DNA from: Thermoproteota archaeon | Lineage (GTDB): Archaea > Thermoproteota > Thermoprotei_A > Sulfolobales > Desulfurococcaceae | DNA: 64,000 bases | Assembly (NCBI GenBank): GCA_030550615.1 | Contig: JAUQPA010000002.1 | Location: 2,074-66,073, forward strand | Reading direction: 5' to 3' | Shown: positions 1-8,715 of the stretch, in pieces | Numbering within the stretch: position 1 is the first letter of the stretch | Layout of the letters: each line of letters begins with the position of its first letter | Position numbers and translations under genes: made by a program | Notes under the pieces: model-generated | Database searches by the model: none | The model's input: only the letters and a program-made list of their open reading frames with translations | Told to the model about the DNA's origin: nothing

Positions 1-2395
1 GTTCAATGCGGGGTTCAAACCTTACTGATGTTTCCTCAATCTCCAAACGCTCTCTCGAATAGCCCATCAACAGTAACCTTGATACTAGTTCTCGATATTC
101 GTCACTCATCGTGCACTCCTCATACTCCACTATTGTTCTATGCTCTTGTGAATCGAGGCTGAGCTTTATTCTACAATCACCAGCTTCTATTAGTGAATCA
201 TCATGCGTTACAACAATCACTTGTCCCTCCAATCCACTCATCGTCCTTAGTATTTCTTTTAGTCTTGCAACGATCTCGCGACTGAATCCCGTTGTGGGTT
301 CATCGAGTATTAGCACACTCTTTTTAAGCGTTGGTGAATACTGTCTAACTGTTTGATTTAATGCTAGTCTATAAGCCAAGCTAATGGCTATGTTTTGACC
401 ACCGCTGAGCGAAGCTACGTTAAATAAAGTTCTACCAATCCGTATTTTTTGTGTTAGAGCGAAGTCATCCGTTACTACTACGTCTACGGGCTGATCTGAT
501 ATAAGCATGTCCAGGTACCTGTAGAAATGCTGCCTGAACTCGTCGACAAGTATCTTCAAGATTCTTTTTTCAATTTCATCAACGGCTTTAATTGCGTTCT
601 CGAGGATTTCATTGGTTTTTCGATACGTATTAAGTTCTTTTTGAATTCTATCTATTTCACCGCTGATCCTATCTAATTCCCTTAGTTCTTTTTCAATGGA
701 TTTAATTGATTCCTCGATTCTACCCATCTCCTTGGATAATTTATCTTTTCTATCAATTATTGATTTAATTGAAAGCTCTACTTGTTCAAGGGAGAGCTTT
801 TGATCATTTACCTCTTTTTCGATAGCTTCAAGGTTATCCTTTACTGTGTTTATGTCTATTCTACTTAACTCATCTATTAGCATTGCTCTTTGAGCAATAA
901 GCTCGCTGAATTTAGCTTTTTCCGTGGTTATTTTTTCTATTGTTTCTAATATCGAGTCCCGTTTCTTTGCAAGCTTTTGTCTTAGATCAATTATTTCTCT
1001 TTTACTACTTTCTATTTTTGTCTCGATAGCTTTAAGCTCGTTTGCTTTTTCAATCAACCTATTTAGCTCCGACTCCAATTCAGCCAGTACTCTCTTCTCT
1101 GAATCAATCTTTCTTTTTTTCTCGGATATAAGGAGTAAACCGTGCTCGTGGGGTATTGGTTGTTTACATACTGGACATACTCCTTTTTTAATCAATTCTT
1201 CTACGTCATCATATTCTTTTTCTAGTTCATGAATAGTTTTCTCCTTTAACTCAATAGCTTTTCTTTTCTCGGATATTAGTTTCTCGGTCTCTAATATTTT
1301 CTCCCTTACATTCTTTAATTCAAGCTCTATTTTCTCTAATTTGACCTCGAGCTCTTTCAGTTGATCTTCAATAAGCGATCTCTCTTTATTGAATTCTTTG
1401 ATCTCATCTTCTTTTTTCAATAATCTTTTTTCCAAAGTTTCGTTGTCTATTTTCTCTAAACATAGCGCTTCCATGATCTTCTTCTCGATCTCCTGTAGCT
1501 TCTTTCTTTTATTATCGTGTTCTCTAATGAGAGATCGAAGCTCTTGTTTCTTAATTTCTAACTCTTGTATTTTATCAGTAATGCTTTTCTCGAATTCACG
1601 CATTTTTCTATATTCTTCTTCGACCAGCTCCTTTTCTCTCTCCAGTTTCTTTTGTTCCGCGAGTAAAATATCAAGTTGCCTTAATAATTTCTCTTTGTTT
1701 TTATCTCGAAGTATTCTCAGGTATTCATTTAACCTCGTTTCAGCTATACTTATTCTTTTATCGAGGATTTTTGATATTTTCTCGTAGTTAGATTTAAATA
1801 GCTTGTATTTATCTAGTCCCAACGCTCTTTCAATAATTTCGATCCTCGTTGCTTTATCTAATTGTAAAACTTCATGTGTATTAAATTGAGGAACATATAG
1901 TGCTGTTGTGAATACGAGAGGAGTAGCGGTACCTTTTTCGCTTCTTTTTTCACGTAATCCAAGTATGTTAAAAACATAGTCATCCAGTTCTTTACGTGAC
2001 ATGAATGTTTTAATCGACAAGGGCTTTACTTTTCCTTCATCTATAATGTATTCTTCGATTAAACCACGTGTTGATGAGTAACTATCTCCCTGTTTTTCTA
2101 TTACTCGCTCCACAACATATAATTTATTGCCCATGGAAAATAGTAGTCTTACTTTTCCTCGCATAGTGTTTGCTCTGAGTAAGTCGACTCCATGAGGCTC
2201 CTTATATGCATCAAATAATTCACGACTACGACTTCCCGCCGCTGCCCCGAAAAGCGCGAACCTTATGGACATCAATAAACTAGTTTTTCCACTACCGCTC
2301 GGTCCATAAATTGTTATTATTCCTTTAACTGGAAACACTATGAGGGTTTTCACATAGCTTCTAATATTCTCGATATATACTCCAAGCAATCTCAT
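1..2395 (-). CDS. rad50: Rad50 DNA double-strand-break repair ATPase (partial, C-terminus runs off the left edge)
   Basis: Absent from the ORF track because no stop lies in the window. My reverse-strand translation from the ATG at 2395 gives MRLLGVYIENIRSY...YGPSGSGKTS (Walker A). A long E/K/L-rich coiled coil follows. The zinc hook GVCPVCKQ is in frame (Cys codons at 1166-1177). Also present are the signature ASLSGGQ (~400-415), Walker B VLILDEPT (~296-320) and the H-loop VIVVTHD (~200-222). The frame stays open to base 2. Confidence 0.9.
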   Translation of the reverse strand, partial: MRLLGVYIENIRSYVKTLIVFPVKGIITIYGPSGSGKTSLLMSIRFALFGAAAGSRSRELFDAYKEPHGVDLLRANTMRGKVRLLFSMGNKLYVVERVIEKQGDSYSSTRGLIEEYIIDEGKVKPLSIKTFMSRKELDDYVFNILGLREKRSEKGTATPLVFTTALYVPQFNTHEVLQLDKATRIEIIERALGLDKYKLFKSNYEKISKILDKRISIAETRLNEYLRILRDKNKEKLLRQLDILLAEQKKLEREKELVEEEYRKMREFEKSITDKIQELEIKKQELRSLIREHDNKRKKLQEIEKKIMEALCLEKIDNETLEKRLLKKEDEIKEFNKERSLIEDQLKELEVKLEKIELELKNVREKILETEKLISEKRKAIELKEKTIHELEKEYDDVEELIKKGVCPVCKQPIPHEHGLLLISEKKRKIDSEKRVLAELESELNRLIEKANELKAIETKIESSKREIIDLRQKLAKKRDSILETIEKITTEKAKFSELIAQRAMLIDELSRIDINTVKDNLEAIEKEVNDQKLSLEQVELSIKSIIDRKDKLSKEMGRIEESIKSIEKELRELDRISGEIDRIQKELNTYRKTNEILENAIKAVDEIEKRILKILVDEFRQHFYRYLDMLISDQPVDVVVTDDFALTQKIRIGRTLFNVASLSGGQNIAISLAYRLALNQTVRQYSPTLKKSVLILDEPTTGFSREIVARLKEILRTMSGLEGQVIVVTHDDSLIEAGDCRIKLSLDSQEHRTIVEYEECTMSDEYRELVSRLLLMGYSRERLEIEETSVRFEPRIE

Positions 2396-2405
2396 GTTAC
2401 TATAC

Positions 2406-4436
2406 CTACCCAGTTAAATCAAGTAATTCTTTTGTTGCTTTAAGTTCGCGAAATATATTTTCTCTCTTTTTATCAATGATTCTTAAGTACTCTTCATCAA
2501 ACCATGCAGGCATATAGACTGGTATAGGCTCCTTGATCGGGAGATCGGGCGTGTAGATAAAGCACTCTCTGTCCCCCAGGTATGGTAGTGTCTCAACAGG
2601 TATACCTAGGTCTCTGAAGAAGTTTAAATCACTACTGCTTTTTGTTCTCATAACTATTAGGGTATTGAAGTTCCCCAGTAATTGCTTCTCTATCATGGTA
2701 GCCAACTGTGTTATTGCTACTAACCCTATGCCAAATTTTCTACCCTCCCTCGCGATTCTTGCAAATGGATTGAATGGGCTCCTCACTCTCTCCGGGCTTA
2801 GATATAAAGGTGCTTCCTCCGATACTATTGATACAACTGGTTTAAGCTTGGATGCTTCTACCCCCTGCTCAAGCCTGTATTCAAATATTCTTCGAGTAAT
2901 CGTTAGCACTGCGAGATCAGCTTGCGTAGCTCCCAGAGCTGATACATCTAGAATTACTATATTTCCATTATCAACCAATTTAACTATTTCTCCGATATTC
3001 AATCCCTCCTCGTATTTTACATCGAGAGTATCTTGGAGGCAGATACCCTTCCATTTATACTGCGCTGAGCCATAAGTTTTCGAAAGGTGATTTGATATCA
3101 ATTCCAGTAGACAAGCAAGTTCATTAGGATTCTTAAGGAGAGGAGATACTTTAACGATACTTTTAGAATCATCTAATACCACAATACTTTTATTGTTCTC
3201 AAAAGTGATTGTTCTAACTCTCCACCCCATGATCGATAATATAAGCCTACGCAAAATTCTCGTTATTTTAGCATCTATACCCCTATCAACTAGTAGTTTA
3301 TGCAACCCCTTCTTTTGAGGCCTGGGTTCTCCAACTCCCTCATACCTTACCATGTTATCAGCTATTAATGGTATAAGCGCTAGTAAGTTAGCGGTGGCTT
3401 CATCTGGATCATCGCCTTGATAGAAAATTCCATTAAATCCAGTAGTATTTAACTTTTGCGAGTTCTTGCTTAATGAATTGAATACCTCAATGTGCTTAAG
3501 TATCTCCATGAGAACCGATATAAATTCCTCTATGTAGGTTGCCTTATCGTATCCAACTTCCTCGAGACCCGCAAAATCCTCAAAAGTAACACTGCTTGCC
3601 TTAATTGGTTGCTCTGTTATATCAAAAAACCCTTTAACCGTTGCGAATTTTCTACTTGTAGACACTTGATTACTCAGTCTATACGTATATATTTTTACAT
3701 CATTGGATAAATATGAATTAAACCTAATGCTATCAACTAATACCCCAATGAACTTATCCCTTATGTAGCCTTCGGGTGGCGTGTATTCACCATGTCTATC
3801 TATGATAAGCCAACCAATTTTCTCAGCTGATTCCATGGCATATTTAACCAGCAATCCCTGAACACCACTTGTTTTACCAGAGCCCGTTTGACCCACAATT
3901 AAAATATGTTTTCTAAGTATCTCTGGTAAATCCAAGTTGAATGTTGCATTCATGAAGTATTTTTGCTTTGCTAGTACTTCGTTGTGCGCTACTCCTGATC
4001 GTAACACAACTACTCCGATACCTCTACTTTTTGACAATCGCTTACTGTAGCTATAGTCGCTTATAGCTTTCATTATCTCCTCCGAATCAGCATCGCCTTT
4101 ATGGATCAGAAAAACCGGTGATAACAGTGCAGGAGGCTTGGAAGCTTTAACTAATAAGTGATTACCATTTACATCAGTACTTATTTCGAGAAATAACTTA
4201 GCCCTGACAATGGATTTTACATCTAGGTGTCCAAGTGCAGGCTGAACCTCGATTGGAAGAGCTGGTGTAGGAGCTTGACTCACGTATCCAACTATTTCCA
4301 TTATGATGGTTCTAATGCCATCCTGTGTTTTCTCTCGTGTATACAAAAGGTCTCCAAATGAAGGAGAATAATTACCTGTAATCACTACATTCACAACGTC
4401 GTTTTCCCATCCGTGAACAAACCCTATTTTCAACAT
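2406..4436 (-). CDS. herA: HerA-type hexameric DNA helicase/translocase (FtsK-HerA superfamily), unusually long at 676 aa
   Basis: Walker A VGQTGSGKTS, then IIDRHGEY (HerA DPHGEY-type motif). Walker B SIVSEEAPLY and AREGRKFGIGLVAITQ are present. It sits in an operon with nurA, mre11 and rad50. Confidence 0.85.
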   Translation of the reverse strand: MLKIGFVHGWENDVVNVVITGNYSPSFGDLLYTREKTQDGIRTIIMEIVGYVSQAPTPALPIEVQPALGHLDVKSIVRAKLFLEISTDVNGNHLLVKASKPPALLSPVFLIHKGDADSEEIMKAISDYSYSKRLSKSRGIGVVVLRSGVAHNEVLAKQKYFMNATFNLDLPEILRKHILIVGQTGSGKTSGVQGLLVKYAMESAEKIGWLIIDRHGEYTPPEGYIRDKFIGVLVDSIRFNSYLSNDVKIYTYRLSNQVSTSRKFATVKGFFDITEQPIKASSVTFEDFAGLEEVGYDKATYIEEFISVLMEILKHIEVFNSLSKNSQKLNTTGFNGIFYQGDDPDEATANLLALIPLIADNMVRYEGVGEPRPQKKGLHKLLVDRGIDAKITRILRRLILSIMGWRVRTITFENNKSIVVLDDSKSIVKVSPLLKNPNELACLLELISNHLSKTYGSAQYKWKGICLQDTLDVKYEEGLNIGEIVKLVDNGNIVILDVSALGATQADLAVLTITRRIFEYRLEQGVEASKLKPVVSIVSEEAPLYLSPERVRSPFNPFARIAREGRKFGIGLVAITQLATMIEKQLLGNFNTLIVMRTKSSSDLNFFRDLGIPVETLPYLGDRECFIYTPDLPIKEPIPVYMPAWFDEEYLRIIDKKRENIFRELKATKELLDLTG

Positions 4437-4441
4437 TTAAA

Positions 4442-5767
4442 TCACCAAGTATAACCGAGTCTGATCTTCCTCATGTTTTCGAAAAGATATTCTAATGGAT
4501 GACCAATTTCACCTGTTTCCCTCCTTATAATATTTACAAATAAGTCTTCTAATTTCCGTAGTCTATTCATGGGTATTCTCACATGTAAATCTAGTTCCAT
4601 AAAACCATAAGGCGGATAACCATAAATAGATGATCTGTGGGCCATAATATTCTCAATTCCATGATCTACTTGCTCAGCTATCTCAACTGCTTTCTCGGAG
4701 TGCGAGATAACTCCTATGTCTTTATTGTATTCTAATAAAGGCTCATTTGTATGCACTTCAAAATGCATTATTACATTTCCATCTGTGGTAATCGGGAAAC
4801 GAACCACCCAGAGCCCGGTTCGAGGATGCGTAATTCTATTAAATAGTAATACCATGTCTTCGGATACATCATCTCCATACTTTCTCCTTATCTTCTCGTT
4901 TATTACCATGGCCACGTTCTCAACCGCGTCCGGAGCCGTATTAGTGTATAATCCAAGTGGATTAGAAATAGTTGTTTTAAACAACCATCTAGCTCTAGCA
5001 ATAGATGTGAATTTCGTTGTTTTAACTAGTCCATATAAATTACTTAGCTTCTTTATTAAAATATCCTTATCTCGGTTAACTACAGTGCTTAAAACATCCA
5101 CTCCATCTATATTGAAGAACCTAATGCTTCTTAGACCAAACCATCTATTTAATGTACCATCTATTACGCCCATGGATCTTTGACCAAGGAGATCGGAGAT
5201 CTTCACGTAGTATGCTACCTCTAAGAGACCTTCAATGTACTTAATTAACCTCTTATACAGCCTAATGAGCTTTAATTTCGGAATTTTTTTGTTTATACCT
5301 TGATTAATCATTGAGGTTAGCTTCTCGGAGATCTTCTGTGCTTTTTCTTCGTTGAATAATAATCCATACTCTTGAACTGGAATAAATTGTATGGTAAAAT
5401 ACGGTTCTCCTTCTTGTTCAGCCCACTTAGCGTATACAAAGAGCAATTCCGGGGATTGATAATCTCCAAGTTCATTAATATATCTAATTCTACCATCTTC
5501 ATCTCTAATACATCCTCCAACATTCATAATCATTAATGTTAATACATCAGATTCTAGTATGTGGAACCCCGCATCCACGAATACAACAATTTTATCCTGC
5601 TGTACCGCGGGAATAGTTTTCACATTATAGAACAACCTGAATACTTCTTCTCTCTCCCCTATAACGCTCGACTTCCTTGATGCCACGTAATCCTGTCTCA
5701 GTGTATTAACTAGTCTTTCAATGATACTTAGAATTCTCTCGTTGCCTATATTGTTCTCCAAGGTCAA
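4442..5767 (-). CDS. nurA: NurA 5'-3' nuclease
   Basis: 441 aa, with acidic motifs VFVDAGF and MGVIDGTLNRW. The C-terminal YGYPPYGFMELDLH resembles the NurA GYP...(D/H) motif. It lies between mre11 and herA: a TTGA start/stop overlap with mre11 and a 5-nt spacer to herA. Confidence 0.7.
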   Translation of the reverse strand: MTLENNIGNERILSIIERLVNTLRQDYVASRKSSVIGEREEVFRLFYNVKTIPAVQQDKIVVFVDAGFHILESDVLTLMIMNVGGCIRDEDGRIRYINELGDYQSPELLFVYAKWAEQEGEPYFTIQFIPVQEYGLLFNEEKAQKISEKLTSMINQGINKKIPKLKLIRLYKRLIKYIEGLLEVAYYVKISDLLGQRSMGVIDGTLNRWFGLRSIRFFNIDGVDVLSTVVNRDKDILIKKLSNLYGLVKTTKFTSIARARWLFKTTISNPLGLYTNTAPDAVENVAMVINEKIRRKYGDDVSEDMVLLFNRITHPRTGLWVVRFPITTDGNVIMHFEVHTNEPLLEYNKDIGVISHSEKAVEIAEQVDHGIENIMAHRSSIYGYPPYGFMELDLHVRIPMNRLRKLEDLFVNIIRRETGEIGHPLEYLFENMRKIRLGYTW

Positions 5768-7026
5768 TCGCCCAGTTCCTTAATGATCTCATCTAACAGC
5801 CTCTCGGGAGATATGTCTTGTGAATGACCCAGCGTATCAATCACGATTTTTAGTTTTTCAGCGGGAATCTTCAGCTTATTTTTCGCTACGAATTCTCTTA
5901 GAACCATTGATTCTATCTCATTAATAGATATCTCTCCTGCACTTATTGACGAGCCAGCATCTAAATTATCGTGGAAAGAGACCATAGCTTTCGACATTGT
6001 TCTAATTCTAATAAACACCTTCTTTTTCTTCATTAGTTCCCTTCTGAAGTTCTCTAATTCACTTGTAGGTTTATCTAATCCAACAGCATCAACTAAGAGA
6101 ACAGCTTGCGTTGATGCATCAATATCACTAAAGATCCTTACTACCTGCTCTTTTACATCATCAATACTCTTAGCATCAATGCGTTTATAGTAGACACGTG
6201 GTACAGCCTCAAGCTTAATGGATTTGACGACTGGCGGCTGACGCGATAAATCAACTCTTAGAATTCTCCTGAAAACATTTATTTTATTTAACTCATAGGT
6301 TTCGTATAGGTCGTTGAAGTCGAAACCTATGGGTGCTCCTGGATAAGCAATATTCCCCTTGAATTCCATATCGAAGGGTATAGGTAAATGAATATGACCT
6401 AGGGCAACATAGATCGTGTTCGATGGAAGTCTATTCAAGAGATCTTCGTATTCCAAGTAAAGACTACCATATCTATTAGCGTACTTAGATGGATCATATC
6501 CAGCGAACCGGGTGCTTATATGAGCTAATATTATTAAATTATAATCCTTGTAGCTCGAATAATTCTTAAATATTACTTTTCTCTGCTTTAAATACTCTAT
6601 TTCCTGCGAACTACTTCCCTTGAAACCTGGTATACCATAAAAAACTAGTTTATCTCTCTCAAAAACCAAAGGTTCTAGTACTAGTCCATTCGCTTCGTTG
6701 AAATCAAGAAGATGTATTAAACCTGCTTCACTCAAAACGTGTAAAATGCTTGATCTCGTTCGAGAAACATCATGGTTTCCTGGAACAACGACTACTCTTA
6801 CTTCATGCTCTCTGAGCTCTCTAAGTAAGCCCACTGTTTTCGCAACGACGCTTAAAGGTGGGTTTGATCTATCGAACATATCTCCTGAAATAACCAGGTA
6901 CTTGGATTTGGATTCAATTGTTTTCTCAACTATTTCTCTCAAGACATTATAGTATGCTTCTTCGAGCACAGTATCGTAAAATACCTCTGGAACTATGTGC
7001 AAATCGCTCGTATGAATAATTTCCAA
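5764..7026 (-). CDS. mre11: Mre11 nuclease (calcineurin-like phosphoesterase)
   Basis: Phosphoesterase motifs HTSDLH, SGDMFD, VPGNHD and LGHIH. 420 aa, apparent TTG start, first gene of the four-gene operon. Confidence 0.85.
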   Translation of the reverse strand: MEIIHTSDLHIVPEVFYDTVLEEAYYNVLREIVEKTIESKSKYLVISGDMFDRSNPPLSVVAKTVGLLRELREHEVRVVVVPGNHDVSRTRSSILHVLSEAGLIHLLDFNEANGLVLEPLVFERDKLVFYGIPGFKGSSSQEIEYLKQRKVIFKNYSSYKDYNLIILAHISTRFAGYDPSKYANRYGSLYLEYEDLLNRLPSNTIYVALGHIHLPIPFDMEFKGNIAYPGAPIGFDFNDLYETYELNKINVFRRILRVDLSRQPPVVKSIKLEAVPRVYYKRIDAKSIDDVKEQVVRIFSDIDASTQAVLLVDAVGLDKPTSELENFRRELMKKKKVFIRIRTMSKAMVSFHDNLDAGSSISAGEISINEIESMVLREFVAKNKLKIPAEKLKIVIDTLGHSQDISPERLLDEIIKELGD

Positions 7027-7050
7027 TCTAAAACCCCATTTAATTAATGA

Positions 7051-7072
7051 TACTTATAAAGCAGTATATATA
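7051..7072 (-). promoter_or_regulatory. Candidate TATA-box region for the mre11-nurA-herA-rad50 operon
   Basis: On the minus strand TTTATAAGTA (7051-7060) is centred about 30 nt upstream of the TTG start at 7026. A second TATATACT lies just upstream. AT-rich background makes this weak. Confidence 0.25.
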
Positions 7073-7195
7073 GAGGGCGCTGATTGAACGCCGTAATCTT
7101 TTGGTAAAAAATAATTAAAAATACTACATTTATCTTATCAATAAAATGACTAATTTAAGCCTCATTAATAACTACGTGGAAAACAAATTCAAAAA

Positions 7196-7831
7196 TCAAT
7201 CCCTTGCCCTCTCTCTGATCACGATCTTTTGTCCAATTATCATTGTACTTGGAACAAGCACCTCCAATCCATCTTTTCTTTGAACTATTGTGAACAATGT
7301 TGAAATATCTTTCACTCTTACTTCACTTTCACCCGCTATATCAACGAGATCTCCTATTTTAAATGGTCTAGCTAGTAATATGAATAAACCCGCAATTGCT
7401 TGCCCCAGAACTTGCTGTGTAGCGAAACCTATGACTAAACCTATGAAGCCTCCTAATGCAACACCAGTAGCTCCACCTGCAACTCCCCCGGCTATACCAG
7501 CTATTAATGCACCTATTCCCAGTATTCTCACCATGCTCCTAGTGGCAGCTGCGGCTGATGCTCCATACTTAGGTCTAAGCATTACGTAAAACATTGCTGC
7601 TACAGCGTTAACGATCATCCAACCTAGAACCAGTAGTACTATTATGTAAACATACACAGCATAGTCCTTTAAAACTAGTAATCCATCTAGCTTTGTAGAT
7701 TCGACCAGTAAATCTACTCCCTGTGTGAAGAACCATTGTAGAATACCCATAACTATGGCTACCATTACACCATAGATTATTACTCTTGCAAGAGCTTTCC
7801 CTACAGTGTCTTCTTGGCTCATATATCTCAC
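7196..7831 (-). CDS. Small MscS-family mechanosensitive channel protein
   Basis: N-terminal TM helices, including the Gly/Ala-rich GIAGGVAGGATGVALGG. Then RPFKIGDLVDIAGESEVRVKDISTLFTIVQRKDGLEVLVPSTMI, matching the MscS pore-helix and beta-domain pattern (PF..GD.i.i.g..G.V..I....T). Confidence 0.7.
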   Translation of the reverse strand: MRYMSQEDTVGKALARVIIYGVMVAIVMGILQWFFTQGVDLLVESTKLDGLLVLKDYAVYVYIIVLLVLGWMIVNAVAAMFYVMLRPKYGASAAAATRSMVRILGIGALIAGIAGGVAGGATGVALGGFIGLVIGFATQQVLGQAIAGLFILLARPFKIGDLVDIAGESEVRVKDISTLFTIVQRKDGLEVLVPSTMIIGQKIVIRERARD

Positions 7832-7985
7832 CTATAATAATTTATCCATTAACTTTTGTTCTTGTACAATGGGGTTAATAAATTTTATAAATATTTGACG
7901 TTCTAGAAAAATTAAGAATTATTTAATACACTAGCTATAGTATTTTTAATTAAATAATGTTAGTTTACTAGGCTTTTTAGTTAAG

Positions 7986-8639
7986 CTATTTCTTTAGATA
8001 ACCATGTAACATGTATCCTCCTATGGCGACGATTATCAATATTACAATAGCTACTGTTGTTATAAACACAGAGTTTATTGAGCCGCTTTCTTTATTCGTA
8101 GACGTTGAGTATGGGTATACTATGTATTTCTCGAGCAAGGAGCTGTGATCCGTCGTATTAGTAGCGATCCAATATGCTTGCCGCATCCCTACGTAAACAG
8201 GTATGTTTGAACCGGGTTGAGAACACGCTAGCTGTTGCCAAAAGTTTTTATCAGTAATTGCCCCTATGACTACTGCAACTATTGATTTATATTCTCCATA
8301 GTCTTTAACAACAATTGTTAAGGGAACACCTATCTCCTGCGTATTTACTCCAGCTTTTGATATTAACTCTTCTGAAACAAATTGAAGGAATTTATTGTAG
8401 CAATCAGCATATTTATCTAGTATGCAGAAGTAGTGAGAACTCGCTGGATAGTTCTGCTGAAAGAAATCATGTTGAAGTTTACAATACGGACAAGTTGATT
8501 CGCCAAACATGTAGAATAAGGTGTTGTTAATACATGAAATGTCATCAGAATATACTTGATGCGAAGACGTCAGTAATAGTACAACTACTAATACTGCAAT
8601 ACTCAATGTAAATACATATACAATATTTCTATAATTCAT
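7986..8639 (-). CDS. Membrane-anchored thioredoxin/glutaredoxin-fold protein with a CPYC redox motif
   Basis: N-terminal signal anchor (VFTLSIAVLVVVLLL). STCPYCKLQ active-site-like motif with a downstream GVPLTIV (cis-Pro position). C-terminal TM (FITTVAIVILIIVAIGGYML). Confidence 0.55.
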   Translation of the reverse strand: MNYRNIVYVFTLSIAVLVVVLLLTSSHQVYSDDISCINNTLFYMFGESTCPYCKLQHDFFQQNYPASSHYFCILDKYADCYNKFLQFVSEELISKAGVNTQEIGVPLTIVVKDYGEYKSIVAVVIGAITDKNFWQQLACSQPGSNIPVYVGMRQAYWIATNTTDHSSLLEKYIVYPYSTSTNKESGSINSVFITTVAIVILIIVAIGGYMLHGYLKK

Positions 8640-8715
8640 TTACAACGCCTCGTTGACATATGTAAATTCTACCAGATTCTATTCAAGTCACAATTTAAGT
8701 ACTTGTGACAAGACC

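Noticed and set aside
111-1787. Three plus-strand ORFs (111-356, 924-1232, 1389-1787) with Ser/Phe/Leu-rich low-complexity translations
   Set aside because: They are antisense shadows of the Glu/Lys/Leu-rich coiled coil of rad50. The minus frame carries Walker A, the zinc hook CPVC, LSGGQ, Walker B and the H-loop in one uninterrupted frame.
3000-3750. Possible intein in the over-long HerA
   Set aside because: I recognise no intein junction signatures (an N-terminal Cys/Ser block, or a C-terminal His-Asn followed by Cys/Ser/Thr) and no homing-endonuclease LAGLIDADG motifs. I treat it as an inserted domain instead.
7400-7560. Repetitive GC-richer stretch that looked like a short tandem repeat
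   Set aside because: It encodes the Gly/Ala-rich TM helices (GIAGGVAGGATGVALGGFIGLVIG) of the MscS-like protein. It is coding periodicity, not a DNA repeat element.
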